From: an uncultured Nitrososphaeraceae archaeon | GTDB lineage: Archaea > Thermoproteota > Nitrososphaeria > Nitrososphaerales > Nitrososphaeraceae | Length of the DNA stretch: 64,000 nucleotides | NCBI GenBank assembly: GCA_963837175.1 | Contig: CAWIMJ010000039.1 | Span: forward strand, 32,001 to 96,000 | Direction: 5' to 3' | In this document: positions 20,621 through 32,862 of the stretch, piece by piece | How the letters are laid out: the number at the start of each line of letters is the position of its first letter | How positions within the stretch are numbered: position 1 is the stretch's first letter | Position numbers and translations under genes: made by a program | The notes under the pieces: model-generated | Told to the model about the DNA's origin: nothing | The model's database searches: none | Seen by the model: the letters and a program-made list of their open reading frames with translations, nothing else

Positions 20621-23258
20621 TTGGTAATACTTGTTGAATATGTGTATAATTATAGATGTCCAAATTGTAGCTCTTTAAATTCTGTTGATGTTAACAAGAT
20701 ATACAATGGACGGCTAATGTTTGTCTGCTCTAAATGTAATATTTGTGGTGTTGTTCCGTCCATTGCCAATCAAGATGAAGCATATCTGGAATTTCTGGAT
20801 ATGTATGATAATGGGCAGCTTGCTAAGACACAAGATTTAGAATCATTAGTAGAACAGGAAAGACTCTTGCGCCCAACATCTGAGGTAGACTCTTTGCTTT
20901 ATCGCAACGATGCTAAAGAAAATGAATTACTTAAAGCCACAATATATTCTAAAAAAGATTATGTCGTTGATTTTAGAGTAATTCAGGAACCCAACCCTGA
21001 AATTGGAAGTGAACTTACAGTTCTTCCCATAGAAAAGGGAATTATTAATGCTCTATCCGCAAGAGACATCAAAAGGCTTTATAAATTCCAAGAAGAATCC
21101 ATTAAACAAATTTTACTTGGAAAAGATGTTGTTATTGTTGCACCAACTGCTTCTGGCAAGACAGAGGCTTTTTGTATCCCCATAGTACAAAAAATTTCTG
21201 AGGAAATATCACGTTTTTCATCTCTACGGCCAAAAGTAGGAGGAAAAGTGTTCGCTATTTTTGTATATCCAACTAAGGCTCTTGCAAGGGATCAATTACC
21301 AAAGATAAGACATATTGCAGAACCTTTAGGAATAAATGTAAATATATTTGATGGAGATACAACAAAAGCTGAAAGAGAATCAATAATAACTACCTTAGTC
21401 CCTGAAATCATTATTACAAATTTTGATGTGATTCATTACCATTTACTTTACAGAACAAAGTTTTCTCGTCTAATTAAAACAGCTAAATTTTTAGTTGTTG
21501 ATGAAGCCCATGTTTATACTGGAGTTTTTGGAGCAAATATCCATCATGTTATAAAAAGACTTGAAAGGTTGATTATGTCGACAAGTAAGAACAAACTTCA
21601 GATAATTGCTGCCTTCTGCTACTTTACCAAATGCAGAAGAATTCTGTAAGCCATTATTTGGAAGAGAAATGGATATCGTACGAGGCAGAGGCAGGAAAGG
21701 TAAAATCAACTTTGTTCTTTTATTCCCATCATTTCATTCACAAAGGTCTTTAATGCTTGATCTATTAAAACAAACTACTACAAGAAATCACAAGACAATT
21801 GCCTTTAGTAAATCACATTTAGGTTCAGAACTATTGGCGTTTTATTCATCCAAACAAGGAATAGCAATAAGAGTACATAGAGCTGGTTTGCTACCAATAG
21901 AACGCAAATCAGTTGAAGGATCATTTAAGAAGGGTAAATTAATGGCAATTTCTGCAACTCCAACTTTAGAGCTTGGTATAGATATTGGAGATGTAGATGC
22001 CATTATATCAGATATTGTACCTGTTAACAGGCTGATTCAAAGGTTAGGAAGAGCAGCAAGAAGTGGTCAAGAAGGATATGCATTTCTTGCATTAGGTAAT
22101 GATCCTATAAGTCAGTATTACAAACTACATCCAGACGATTACCTGGAAGATCAAGAACTTGCATATACAGATCCTACCAATCCATTTGTAGAAGAATATC
22201 AGGTTCTTGCAATGGCCTGTGATAGACCCATTTCTGTGTATGAATCATCCCATATGTGGAATACTATTCAAACACTTATTTCAAAAGGTTTGATTCAATT
22301 GTCAAATGGAAAGTTTATGCCTAATTTTAAGAAGGCGATGGATGTCCTCAGAGACTTTAGTATCAGAGGAATAGGAACTAGTGTTGACATAATATATAAT
22401 GGAAAATTAGTTGGTGAACGTCAAATGCCACAGGCAATAGAAGAGCTTCATGATAACGCAATATACTTCTTAGCTGGAAGAAGGTATCAAGTCCAAAAGC
22501 TACATTTTGACAACAAAAACCAAAAGGATCAACAACGAGGCCTACAAAAACAACAATCTGTGCCTTATGCTGAATTAAGATCTATCCCCCACGATTATCC
22601 ATACTACACAAAGGCAATAGTTGACGAGTGGCCAACTATTCTGGAAACTTATGAACAAAAGAAAACATATGGTTTAGAAGTAAAGTATTGTTCTTTAAAA
22701 ATACAAAAGAAAGTAATAGGATATTCAAATATCGAAATTGGCCAGGAGGTCATGCAAGGAACAAAAGTAATGCTTGAAAATCCTATAGAATTTGAATTTG
22801 TTACAAAAGGATTGGTGTTTAGAGCGCCCACCCCCGACGACGTTTTAAAGACTGCAAATGATGAGCAATATGTAGAAATGAGCGGGTATCATGCTTCAGA
22901 GCACGTCTTAATAGAGGGAAGCTCAATGGTAACAGGAGGAGCATCACAGGATCTAGGTGGAATATCACTTGGATCTTCAGGTTTAATTTTTATTTATGAT
23001 GGGAGCGTTGGTGGAAATGGTGCCAGCAGGGCATTATATGATAAATTTGATAAAGCAATAATAAGAGCGTTAAGAATATTGTCTGAATGTCCATGCAAAA
23101 GTGAAAGTGGCTGTCCTAGATGTACATACTCGTATAGATGTGGAAATAATAACGAATACTTGCACAAACATGCAGCTATTGAAATATTAAATAGAGTTGT
23201 AGAGGGAGAGCAAACACAAATAGGAGATATAATGACTATAGATAGACCTCTTGTTTGA
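20621..23258 (+). CDS. DEAD/DEAH-box helicase with N-terminal Zn ribbon and C-terminal DUF1998 (SftH/Hrq1/MrfA family); one frameshift at ~21610
   Basis: CPNC/CSKC, APTASGKT, YPTKALARDQ, DEAH, SAT, TLELGIDIG, QRLGRAAR, CPCKSESGCPRC. Confidence 0.92.
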
Positions 23259-23522
23259 TAAGAAGATATGTTACCTCTTCTCTACTCTTTTCATAGGCAG
23301 CATACAAAATCCTTCATTTGGATTATACCTATAACATAACAACAGATGCTTAAAGAACTTATCTCAAGATTCAGATCACATTATTGACGTCTTAATGGAG
23401 GCATTCAGTTTTTTTAACTCCGATAACAGGACCTTTTGATTAGAATTAATACATATTAAAATTACCACATCTATTAACAATGCTTATTTTCTTCAAATTA
23501 CATTACTACTAGTACAAAGCAT

Positions 23523-24488
23523 ATGTGTAATACTGTTGTATTTTTTGGAGAAGAACTTTCCAAATATGGTTTTGGTAAATCACATCCATTGAACTCAGAT
23601 AGAATCTATGCGTTCTGGTCAAAGTTCACTGGCTTAAAGATTGATAAATCGACTCAAATTCGAATAGAAAAACCTGTCACAGTTCAAGAAGAAATTATAC
23701 TTGAATTCCATGAAAAAGATTATGTCGAATTTATCAAGGAAGCTTCAAAACATGGAACTGGTCTTCTCGATCTTGGAGATACGCCTGCATTTAAAGGTGT
23801 TTTTGAAGCTTCTTCCTACGTAGTTGGCACGAGCCTCAAAGCATTGGATTTAGTAATGAAGAAAACAGATGGAATATTGCATGCATTTAATCCCATTGGA
23901 GGACTTCATCATGCAAGAAGAGGATCTGCAGGAGGATTTTGTGTCTTTAATGATATAGGTATTGTAAGCATAATGGCACGAAAGAGATACGCTGTAGATA
24001 GAATAGCCTATGTGGATATAGATGCACATCATGGGGATGGAGTTTATTATGAATTCGAAGACGATCCTATGCTCTTTATTGCAGATATACATGAGGATGG
24101 TCGTTATCTATATCCTGGTACTGGTAATGAATCAGAAATAGGATCAGGTAATGCTAAAGGTACAAAAATAAATATACCATTGAATATCAACTCAGGTGAT
24201 AGTGAATTTATTGCTGCATTCAGTAAAGTCGAAGAATTTATTGATAACACTGCAAAACCTCAATTAATTATTCTACAATGTGGTACCGATTGCATAGACG
24301 GTGATCCATTAACACATTTGAAATATACCTCAAAAGCACACAGATATGCAGCGGACAAATTACATCAGCTCTCACATAAGCACTGTGATGGAAGAATAAT
24401 TGCATTAGGCGGTGGAGGATATAATCAAAAAAATATCGCAGATGGATGGACAGAAGTTGTGAGCTCATTTATTAGCAGCATAGAGTAG
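23523..24488 (+). CDS. histone deacetylase family / acetoin utilization AcuC-like protein
   Basis: HP, GGLHHA, GGFCVFND, YVDIDAHHGDG, YPGTG, DPL, GGGGY. Confidence 0.92.
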   Translation: MCNTVVFFGEELSKYGFGKSHPLNSDRIYAFWSKFTGLKIDKSTQIRIEKPVTVQEEIILEFHEKDYVEFIKEASKHGTGLLDLGDTPAFKGVFEASSYVVGTSLKALDLVMKKTDGILHAFNPIGGLHHARRGSAGGFCVFNDIGIVSIMARKRYAVDRIAYVDIDAHHGDGVYYEFEDDPMLFIADIHEDGRYLYPGTGNESEIGSGNAKGTKINIPLNINSGDSEFIAAFSKVEEFIDNTAKPQLIILQCGTDCIDGDPLTHLKYTSKAHRYAADKLHQLSHKHCDGRIIALGGGGYNQKNIADGWTEVVSSFISSIE

Positions 24489-24747
24489 CACAACTTTAAT
24501 GAGAATTACCTATTGTGACCTTACAAATCGACACATTATTCTTTTTATATATTGGCTCGATGAAATTTGTCCTCTTCGTACATATAGAAGGATTGAGTTG
24601 TTTATGTTATTTGCCTTTTCATAGTGTCCTTGGTATTTAATTAGTATAATAGAAATCCTTTGTTTGCTATATTGTTTTAAAAATATCACCCCCACCCTCT
24701 CCATAGGGATATTCAGCTCTTAAAAAGAACTGCAATTATGTTAAATC

Positions 24748-25011
24748 ATGAGCTTATGTTCAGAAGATATTTTAATCAAACAAATTGAATCATGGCGAGG
24801 TTCTGCAGATGATAGATTGGATACAGAAAAAGATAAGAAAGAATTTAAAGATATGTTAAATGACTATTATAAATATTCTATGATTATTATTAACTCACAA
24901 TTTGAAGCATTTCCAAGTAAACCGTTGATTATGGCTTTGTTATTATCTCAGCATAATAAAATCATGCAACTGCTGATGAATAAGGACCCCAAAAAATTGA
25001 GCAATCAATAG
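24748..25011 (+). CDS. hypothetical protein
   Basis: Protein-like helical ORF (IESWRG...FKDMLNDYYKYS...KPLIMALLLSQH). Confidence 0.55.
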   Translation: MSLCSEDILIKQIESWRGSADDRLDTEKDKKEFKDMLNDYYKYSMIIINSQFEAFPSKPLIMALLLSQHNKIMQLLMNKDPKKLSNQ

Positions 25012-25330
25012 AAAACAAATATTCATTTATGTAAAAACTAGTTTTGAAAATCCTCTCATAATCATTATTTCTACGACATGCTGGTAGCCCTGTTATGTTA
25101 CTTGGGAAATGATAAGCTTTGCATTTTCTTTGTGATACCATCTTTAATTATCACTCTGTTATATTTTATTATTATGCTTTTTCTATTCGTAACTGCATAA
25201 GTTCCCACATTGCAGCAAGTAGACAAAAAAAGAAACAAACAAGCAACTTGAGAAAAGAGATAGTATTATTATTACTAGTACAAAATTACAAAATCAGCAA
25301 AAAGAATGGAAAGTGAATTTCTATGATGGT

Positions 25331-25732
25331 TCATTGAAGAAAGGGCACACTAGGTGCCAGTTGTATTTGTTCACCTCTTGCTTTTTCTTCTTCCTGTTGA
25401 TTGGATAGTAATTGTGGAGTTACCGCCTGCTTAGGCTCTTCTGAAATCTTATTCTGTAAATCAGTTTTATCCAGTCCATTAGCGTCTATCAAGACTTTAT
25501 TATAACATGTAACAACTTCATTTTTAGTAGGTTCATCTTTAAAATATGCATCCTCCTGCACATTGACGCTCTGCTCTACTGCTTTATCTATGCAATCATA
25601 GAATATTGGTAAAGCTTGGTTGAGAGTTGAATTAGTGCCGTTTAAAGGAATTAATTCTACTGCTAATACCCAATTAACAAAACCAACTTGTGCTATAACA
25701 GCTAACGCAATTACCATCGCTAAGATATTCAT
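25331..25732 (-). CDS. secreted hypothetical protein with a two-Cys helical core
   Basis: Signal peptide; FYDCIDKAV...EPTKNEVVTCYNKV. Confidence 0.65.
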   Translation of the reverse strand: MNILAMVIALAVIAQVGFVNWVLAVELIPLNGTNSTLNQALPIFYDCIDKAVEQSVNVQEDAYFKDEPTKNEVVTCYNKVLIDANGLDKTDLQNKISEEPKQAVTPQLLSNQQEEEKARGEQIQLAPSVPFLQ

Positions 25733-26010
25733 TGATGCCTTATCTTGCTATTGATGTAATAAAACTGATATTGTCGTAATAAATTGTCAGTATGTATAAT
25801 ATTTTTGATAATGATTAAAACTAATCATAGGATTAAAACTCCCTCTTCTATTTTATCAAAAAAAAGGGAAATTCTATTAGCCTTATTTTGAAGGAAATTT
25901 TCCATTTTCAATCCTATATCAATACATAATGTTAACTTTTTACCAAACTTGACATAAGCAAGACTTTTGACAAATAACAAATTTGAAGAAAACAATATTA
26001 TTTTGTATTA

Positions 26011-26160
26011 ATGGATCTAAAGGTATTCTAAAAAATGCAACAATAAGAAAGGAATATGTTAGGTGTGGAAAGTCATTCTGTTATAGATAGAGACACGTTT
26101 CTCCTTCTTACCTCGTTTTTATGAAAGACAACGATAAGAAACTATGGAAAAGTATCTTTA
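26011..26160 (+). pseudogene. DUF6788-like remnant
   Basis: KNATIRKEYVRCGKSFCYR*RH...KDNDKKL matches the YVxCGKxxC...HGPY...KL pattern in degenerate form. Confidence 0.5.
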
Positions 26161-26641
26161 AATTAGTTTAGACTATCACAAATAATCACTGGAGCATATT
26201 AGTAAGGAACGTTTTACCCAAGGATTAGAGTTTATATTAACGACTTAAATTACAAACACACTAACTTAAAACACATATAACTTTTGGTAATTTGAAACTA
26301 ACAGTAATTAGATAACTATCTATACTTAAATTGATAAAATATGAAGAACTCTATTATTTAAGTAGGATTAGTACAGTATTACTTTTGTTAATGGTAGCAG
26401 TTAGTTTGAGATGAATTTATACCATATTCTACTATAGTAACCGTTCTTCTTCTTACTACACAATATTCAATAGTAATATTCTAACCCTCATGTAATCAAT
26501 TGGGCCATTGAGATGTGAAAATAAATTTGTCATCAGTTTAGGACCAAAGAAATAATACTTGCTTTAATGGATGAACAACAAACAATATTCAAATTATCGT
26601 CCGTACGTATTTACTTCAGCAAAAAATAACGTAAAAGATCA

Positions 26642-27875
26642 TTATTCTAAATCAGATATGCTGTTATGTTCCCTCTGTGCTGCAGCATGATATAACGTAG
26701 AATGCTTTTTAGCAACAGAATCCCACTTTAGATTTTCTTTAAATATATCAACAGCTTCTTTGTATTTGACATAATTACTAATGAGATCCTGTAAACCTTT
26801 CGAAAATTCATGAGGATGCCTTTTGACAGTTATTCCTAATCCTTGCGCAGCAAATTCTCTAAAGAATTTTAAATCTGTTGCTACAAATGGTAATCCATGT
26901 GCTAAAGCATCAAACATTACACCTGAACCACCAGTTACTCTATATGGTAATATTACAGCATCAGAAGCATAGAATAATGTAGAGAGTTCATCCTCTCTAA
27001 GATAACCACGTCGTAAATCTAGAATATTGGCTGCTCCTTGCCAGCTCAGATCAAGATTCTCTTTATTGTAGTAGTCTTTAGAGGAATTTACTACCAAGAT
27101 CCATCCCTTGGGAATATCCATTTTCTTTAGCATATCCCAACCTTTGCCAGCAGTTCTAAATCCATGAGCTAAAGCTATTCTATATCCATGGTCTTGAGGT
27201 AGAGAGAATTTTTCCCTTGCTTCTTTCTTGGTTAGTGGAGGATATATGGCTGGCTCAGATCCATGATAAATTATATGGCATTTACTACTAGCACTGTCCC
27301 CAATATCATTAGTACTACCACCAAGTCTCTCTGACATATAACGTGAGAAGACTATGCCTGCTGTGCTCATCCTAAGTTTCTCCTTGGTTATGTTATTGAA
27401 AGCCTGATAATTTAGAAAATACTTGTAATATCTAAGCAAGGCTCGCAAAGGTATTCCTAATTTTCCTATCTTACCGCTTTTTTTTACCAACGATGATGGC
27501 GTCATCCATTGGCGTAGAGTTATTGGTCCAGAGTGAAAAGTTGTTACTATTGGAATTTTGCATTTGACATAAAATTGATCGATATATGTACCAATCTTTC
27601 TTGGATGTTTTGTGTCCCATATTAATCCATACAAACCAGGCTCAAATTGTAACATGTACAACATCAGGCTTTAGGTCGTTAACAATTTTTAACAGTACAT
27701 CAGAATTATGAGGATTATTAGGATAAATGCCCGAATAATGCCCAGCACCTTTCTCATCACATACAACATAGACATCAAGTCCTAATTTTGAGAGAGCATT
27801 TGTCAGATTTGCAGTGTATCGCCCTATACCTCCTGGCATGGATGGATATTCTATACTGACCATCAATACTTGCAT
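26642..27875 (-). CDS. glycosyltransferase family 4; one frameshift at ~27650
   Basis: MQVLMVSIEYPSMPGGIGRYT, GKG, ASDAVILPY, SGVMFDALAHGLPFVATD. Confidence 0.88.
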
Positions 27876-28310
27876 AGATATTTTGTTTTATCTGTTATTC
27901 ATATATTATATTATTTGCAAGCTAATGTGCTAATGAATACATAAATAGCATAGTTTTACAACTAATATTACTTCGTAGTGAGTCATCTGATCAGGACTCC
28001 TCATAAATTCTGTCGATATTATTTCGCCTATTTTATTTCATAAAGTTTTATTTTGTCTGTTCTTATTGTGTAAGAGTTACTTGCTTATGTATAAATATAA
28101 TAAATCATCATTATTGTCAAGGTGTAAATATAACTTAAAAATTATAACTTAATATTACACCTGAATCACAAGCTGATTCAGGTCCGTCAATTCCAACATA
28201 AACCTTAACACCATCATCAATAATAACAACAATCTATTTCTGACTTCAAAAATAGCAAAGCTCGCTTCCATATTCGGGGAAATCTACATTCAGTAAATCT
28301 GACTAAAATA

Positions 28311-28409
28311 GAACCTACTAAAAATGAAGTTGTTACATGTTATAATAAAGTCTTGATAGACGCTAATGGACTAAATAAACTGATTTACAAAATAAGATTT
28401 CAGAAGAGC
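28311..28409 (+). repeat. ~100-bp inverted copy of an internal part of the 25331..25732 gene
   Basis: gaacctactaaaaatgaagttgttacatgttataataaagtcttgatagacgctaatggact... matches the reverse complement of ~25435..25534. Confidence 0.85.
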
Positions 28410-28595
28410 AACGTAAGGCTTAATAATTCAAGAAAAACTTCCATGACTACTGCTCTATTAATATAATTAAGGTTCAGCACGATTGTTACTCTTCATATCT
28501 AAATTTTTCATTTTGGTATCAAAGTTTTGATAAAAGGTTAACATCCTGTAATATTTGAATTAATATAGTAATACAATTCATTCTTATCAAGCTTT

Positions 28596-28829
28596 ATGAA
28601 TACAAAGACGAAATGGAGTATCGTTGCCGTTGTATTTGCATTGGCTATTGTGGTTCAAATTAGTTTCATAATTCCTGCACATGCGTTAACATACTATTTC
28701 AACTGCATATCAAGAATAGCTAATAAGAATGGAACCATTACTCTTGAAAATGCTGAAAATTGTTATGATAAGGTATTTAAGGGAGCCAAACAAATACAAG
28801 AAAAAAATAATATTACAATATCTTCATAA
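28596..28829 (+). CDS. small secreted protein with a two-Cys helical core
   Basis: Signal peptide ending AHA; YFNCISRIA...AENCYDKVF. Confidence 0.7.
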   Translation: MNTKTKWSIVAVVFALAIVVQISFIIPAHALTYYFNCISRIANKNGTITLENAENCYDKVFKGAKQIQEKNNITISS

Positions 28830-29424
28830 TCATTATCAGCTTTATTCATTTTTTCAAATTTAGCATCTATTAATAATAGTATTTAAATTATGATTTACTA
28901 TTTGGACAAACTCCTTTCATTGTATCAGAATTATACTTACAATTATATTTTATTGTGGTTGTTATATTGACATATTAGATTTCTCACGTGATGCATTGAT
29001 TCAATAGCTGTTTGATGAAGTTCTTACCTTTACCTTTCTATAATAAATCATGCTTTTTTGGCTATAGGATTATTGATAGTCATGATGTTATCAGTATTTT
29101 TTATTAATTTTAAAGAAAAAATTGAATTCAGTATATTAATATTCTACCATTTATATATACTCCATTCTTTCTATCCGCCAATGCTTTAATAAAAGGCTGG
29201 GGCTCCAATGTATGAACTAAAGAATCCATCTGACGTAGATCAACAGTTCTCCCGTGCACATAGATATGCAAATTCATTTACTGACCCTAAAACACAATAG
29301 TCAGAAAAATTAGAATACCCTATTTTTTTTCTAAAAATAAATCTATATCACACTCATTATGCAATGGCTGTAAGAAGCTTCTGTGATGTTAGTGAATTTT
29401 CTCACAAGGACGGGATTAAAGACT

Positions 29425-29515
29425 AAGGTACATAGAAAATCTATAGACTGAAATAGAAACAATTCAATGGGTATTAATGAAACTATTAACTATTCTTAAT
29501 AAGAATAATAATAAT
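29425..29515 (+). pseudogene. EIETLQWVL-family remnant, copy E
   Basis: RYIENL*TEIETIQWVLMKLLTILNK, with TGG changed to TAG. Confidence 0.65.
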
Positions 29516-29581
29516 GAAGAGTTCTGCTGCAAACATAACTTATTTGGAACATGCTATAATTCAATTGATAAGAAATAATTG

Positions 29582-30355
29582 ATGGCATTACATAGTTGGT
29601 TTAAATATTCAAGCTCTGTAGATTATCGCTATTATGGAGTGGTGGTGGACAGATCCGAAAACAATATGGGAAGGAATTAAACCGTTTATTCCACTTATAA
29701 TAAGCGTCATTATGAGAAAAGAAATAAAAACAAACTAAGTTTTTTATTAAACAACCGCAGGTTAGTAATCAATTAAAACAATATCCTGTATCAATTTCGG
29801 TTAAAGGTAGAACCACTAAAAAAGATCTTGGCCCAGAGACATTTGATGGAATTGTATGGAATATTGAAGTTGCTAATAAGCTCCCAGTTCTATCAAAGTT
29901 TATTGATAACTATTCTGCCAGTCTATACATAAAGAACATAGAACAATGGATAGATTTGGTATGGAAATCACCATTAGAAATAATCACAACATATCGTACT
30001 TCTGCTGGAATTTTAGAAGAAGATGATTATAGATATCAATATCGAAGAAGACTTGGTTATGAGTATAGTGAAATATTAGCCTGTAATGGTGCTGTATTGA
30101 CTAAGATTCCAAAAGGAAAATCTAAAGAACTATATTTTCTCTTTACAACCCCGGATCCGATTTTGCATTTTTCATAACATCCTCTCATGCTACCATTGCA
30201 TGGTATGATAACGATACATTTGCAAAGCGTATTGACGATGTATTTCTCATGCTGCCAATACCTACTGAAACCGAAATCTATTTAAAATTTGGGGTAGATG
30301 ATATACGTAAATTTAAACTTAAAATAAATTCTTATGACGATATTCAATTGTATTA
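29582..30355 (+). pseudogene. degraded hypothetical protein with N-terminal hydrophobic segment
   Basis: Several consecutive coding-like fragments including the 29956..30177 ORF. Confidence 0.4.
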
Positions 30356-30449
30356 GTGGTATTGTAGGCTTGGATTGTCAAGCGACTGATATTCATCAGA
30401 TAAAATATCATGACGACGATCTACTAAAAGATACTATAGAGCTCTGTCC

Positions 30450-31624
30450 TAGTTGTCATATAAAGAAGCTTCATTTTAACAATATCTATTGATCATTGTC
30501 TATTTAGCTAGCCTTTGGATGTCTGATGCTCTAGTGAGAAACAACGAAACAAGTCCAAAGACTAGACTATGGTAGCATCAGAATCTATCCTTATTAGCAT
30601 TTTGTACCTGATAGATCGCATATCATGGCCTACTTTCAAAAGAAGGAACAGCCGTGGGAGGCCATATGTTTATTCACAGACTGTAATCATGAAGTGCTTT
30701 ATAGTTAGAATATGGTTTAGACTGGATTCTAACAATGCATTACATGAATTCTTGGAAATGGATTATCCGTACAATAAGAAGATAATGAAAGCATGTGGCC
30801 TAACACAGATACCAGACAGGCGTACGTTTGACAGACGTCTAAGAACGATATCTACAGATATAAAAGAAAGAATAGTTGTCATGACAAATCATTTCATATA
30901 TGAAGGAATGATAGACCCATACATTGTTGCAATAGATAGTACTTTACTCAAGGCCAAAGGACATATCTGGCACAAATCATCTATGAAAAAAGATATAATA
31001 CCACGTTCTGGAATTGATACTGATGCAAGATGGGGATTCAGCCATACCAAGGGTTGGATATTTGGTTACAAACTCCATTTGATATCAAGTACTGGACCTA
31101 TTATAGTACCATTAGCAGCAGATTTTACAACTGCTAATGTACAGGATAATCAATTGTATAATCCAATGACTGCCCTATCATCTTCTCTAATCACAGAAGA
31201 AACATGTTTCATGATAGGTGATTCTGGGTATGACGATCAAAAACTATATGATCTTAGCATCAATAGAGGATTTGAACTAGTGTGTCCAGTACAAAGATAT
31301 GAACATACTTCGACTAAAAGACTACACCTTATAGAATTCTATGAATCTGAATTAGGACAGGCCATTTATTCTTGGAGAAGCAAATCGATAGAACCATTAA
31401 TAGAACATCTAAAACAGGTATTTAGAATAGATCCATTACTTATAAGAGGATATCACAAGGCTGCTGGACTAGTACTCTTATCAGGTACTTCTATACCAGG
31501 TACTTGTCTATTACAATCTTAAAATGACAAGAAAACAACCAAAAGCAATCAAACATCTATTGTGTAGTTAATCTGACAATAAATGAATGATGAAAATTAT
31601 AACATCGAATTATGCCCAAGTCTC
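30450..31624 (+). mobile_element. insertion sequence (DDE_Tnp_1 type, IS5/IS982-like); ends approximate
   Basis: Contains the transposase; possible degenerate ends ttgtcata (~30453) and tatgcccaagtctc (31611..31624). Confidence 0.6.
30569..31571 (+). CDS. DDE transposase; frameshift near 31485
   Basis: RGRP, PDRRTFDRRL, IVAIDSTLL, GWIFGYKLHL, IGDSGYD, RSKSIEPLIEHLK; the C-terminus continues to KAIKHLLCS*. Confidence 0.88.
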
Positions 31625-31808
31625 ATATAATTACATAAGTATGCACATGGAACGAGTAGGTAAGTTATCGTGTACATAACCCTCCTTTATAGAGAGGAAT
31701 GGGTGACAATTTTATGTATCACATTCATACGGGATATTTATGACGTAGACAAACCAGTTAACACCTTTATAAAGAATGAATAGGCTACAAATTATATACT
31801 GAGTAGTG

Positions 31809-32405
31809 ATGGCTGCTGGTCAGATATTCATTTCTCATAGTGCTAAAGACAAAAAATAGTGGATGCTTTCCTTGAAAAATTTAACGATGCGGGCATTAAA
31901 CCTGTTTTGATGGAATATGAAAAATGGTCGAGATGGTAGACCTAATTGGTTATGGATAAAGGATGAAATCCAAAGATCAAAGGCCTTTTTTCTTATATTA
32001 ACAAAGAATATAGTTAAAAACGAACATACTCAAAATTGGGTTGCTTTTGAAATAGGAGTTGCTTCTACACGTAATCCAAGGATTCCTGTTATTGTTTTTA
32101 GGGAGGAGAATGTTGATTTTCCAGTTCCTTATCTCAGTCACTATTATGACCAACCATTGTCAAATACAAACCATTTGTTATCACACGATTTTTCATTGAC
32201 TGTGTTAAATGTTCTGATCCATGCGGTCATGGGATCCATTGTTGATGGTGTTATTAAGCAAGATATAGATATGACTAAAGTAGATGAAGCATCTTTAAAA
32301 TGTTCCAACTATCTTCTCAGATTTCTTTATTGCGGAACAAACGAGGAATTCAATTGTCCTTGCTGTTCTAAGTTAATAATTCAAGATTTATCACACGATT
32401 TATAA
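31809..32405 (+). CDS. TIR-domain protein with C-terminal Cys cluster; two frameshifts in the 5' part
   Basis: MAAGQIFISHSAKDKK / VDAFLEKF...WIKDEIQRSKAFFLILTKN...QNWVAFEIGVA...IPVIVF; C-terminal FNCPCC. Confidence 0.8.
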
Positions 32406-32506
32406 TAATATCTTGCTCCATTACTTTCTATCTCACCCTCAACCTCTTAGTAGTGTTTCAAACCTTAACTTGTACATAGCACCTGTCAAACTCTATCTGT
32501 AACAAA

Positions 32507-32686
32507 ATGAATGAATCAGCACCAGAAGACAAATCTCTACCACCATTATTAAACGCACTTGAGGACAGGCTGTATAACAGAATCAGAAAGAAGAAAGGGC
32601 CAATGCATATTCCCAGAACAGAGCTGGACAGAGCTGGACATAGACAGAAGATAGACAGCGTTGCTGATTATATAGATCTTAAATAG
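32507..32686 (+). CDS. EIETLQWVL-family microprotein, copy F (N-terminal half recognisable; 59-aa open frame)
   Basis: MNESAPEDKSLPPLLNALEDRLYNRIRKKKGPMHIPRTELD...; an acagagctgg duplication scrambles the 3' half. Confidence 0.6.
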   Translation: MNESAPEDKSLPPLLNALEDRLYNRIRKKKGPMHIPRTELDRAGHRQKIDSVADYIDLK

Positions 32687-32862
32687 AAAATTGTATCATT
32701 TATTTATATTTAACACATGTAAAATGAAGATAGTGGGCAGACGTTATGACAATTATTTACTTATGACAATAATTGTATTAATCGCTCTACCTGTCTTGCT
32801 TGCATTTTCCACTTTTTTCACCATCATATATAGGCTAGGTTAAGCTGGCAGCAAGCAAGGAT

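Noticed and set aside
20621-27875. Programmed ribosomal frameshifting in the helicase and glycosyltransferase (also arsM and arsC)
   Set aside because: Single-base indels are pervasive across unrelated genes in the window; sequencing error or decay is the simpler explanation
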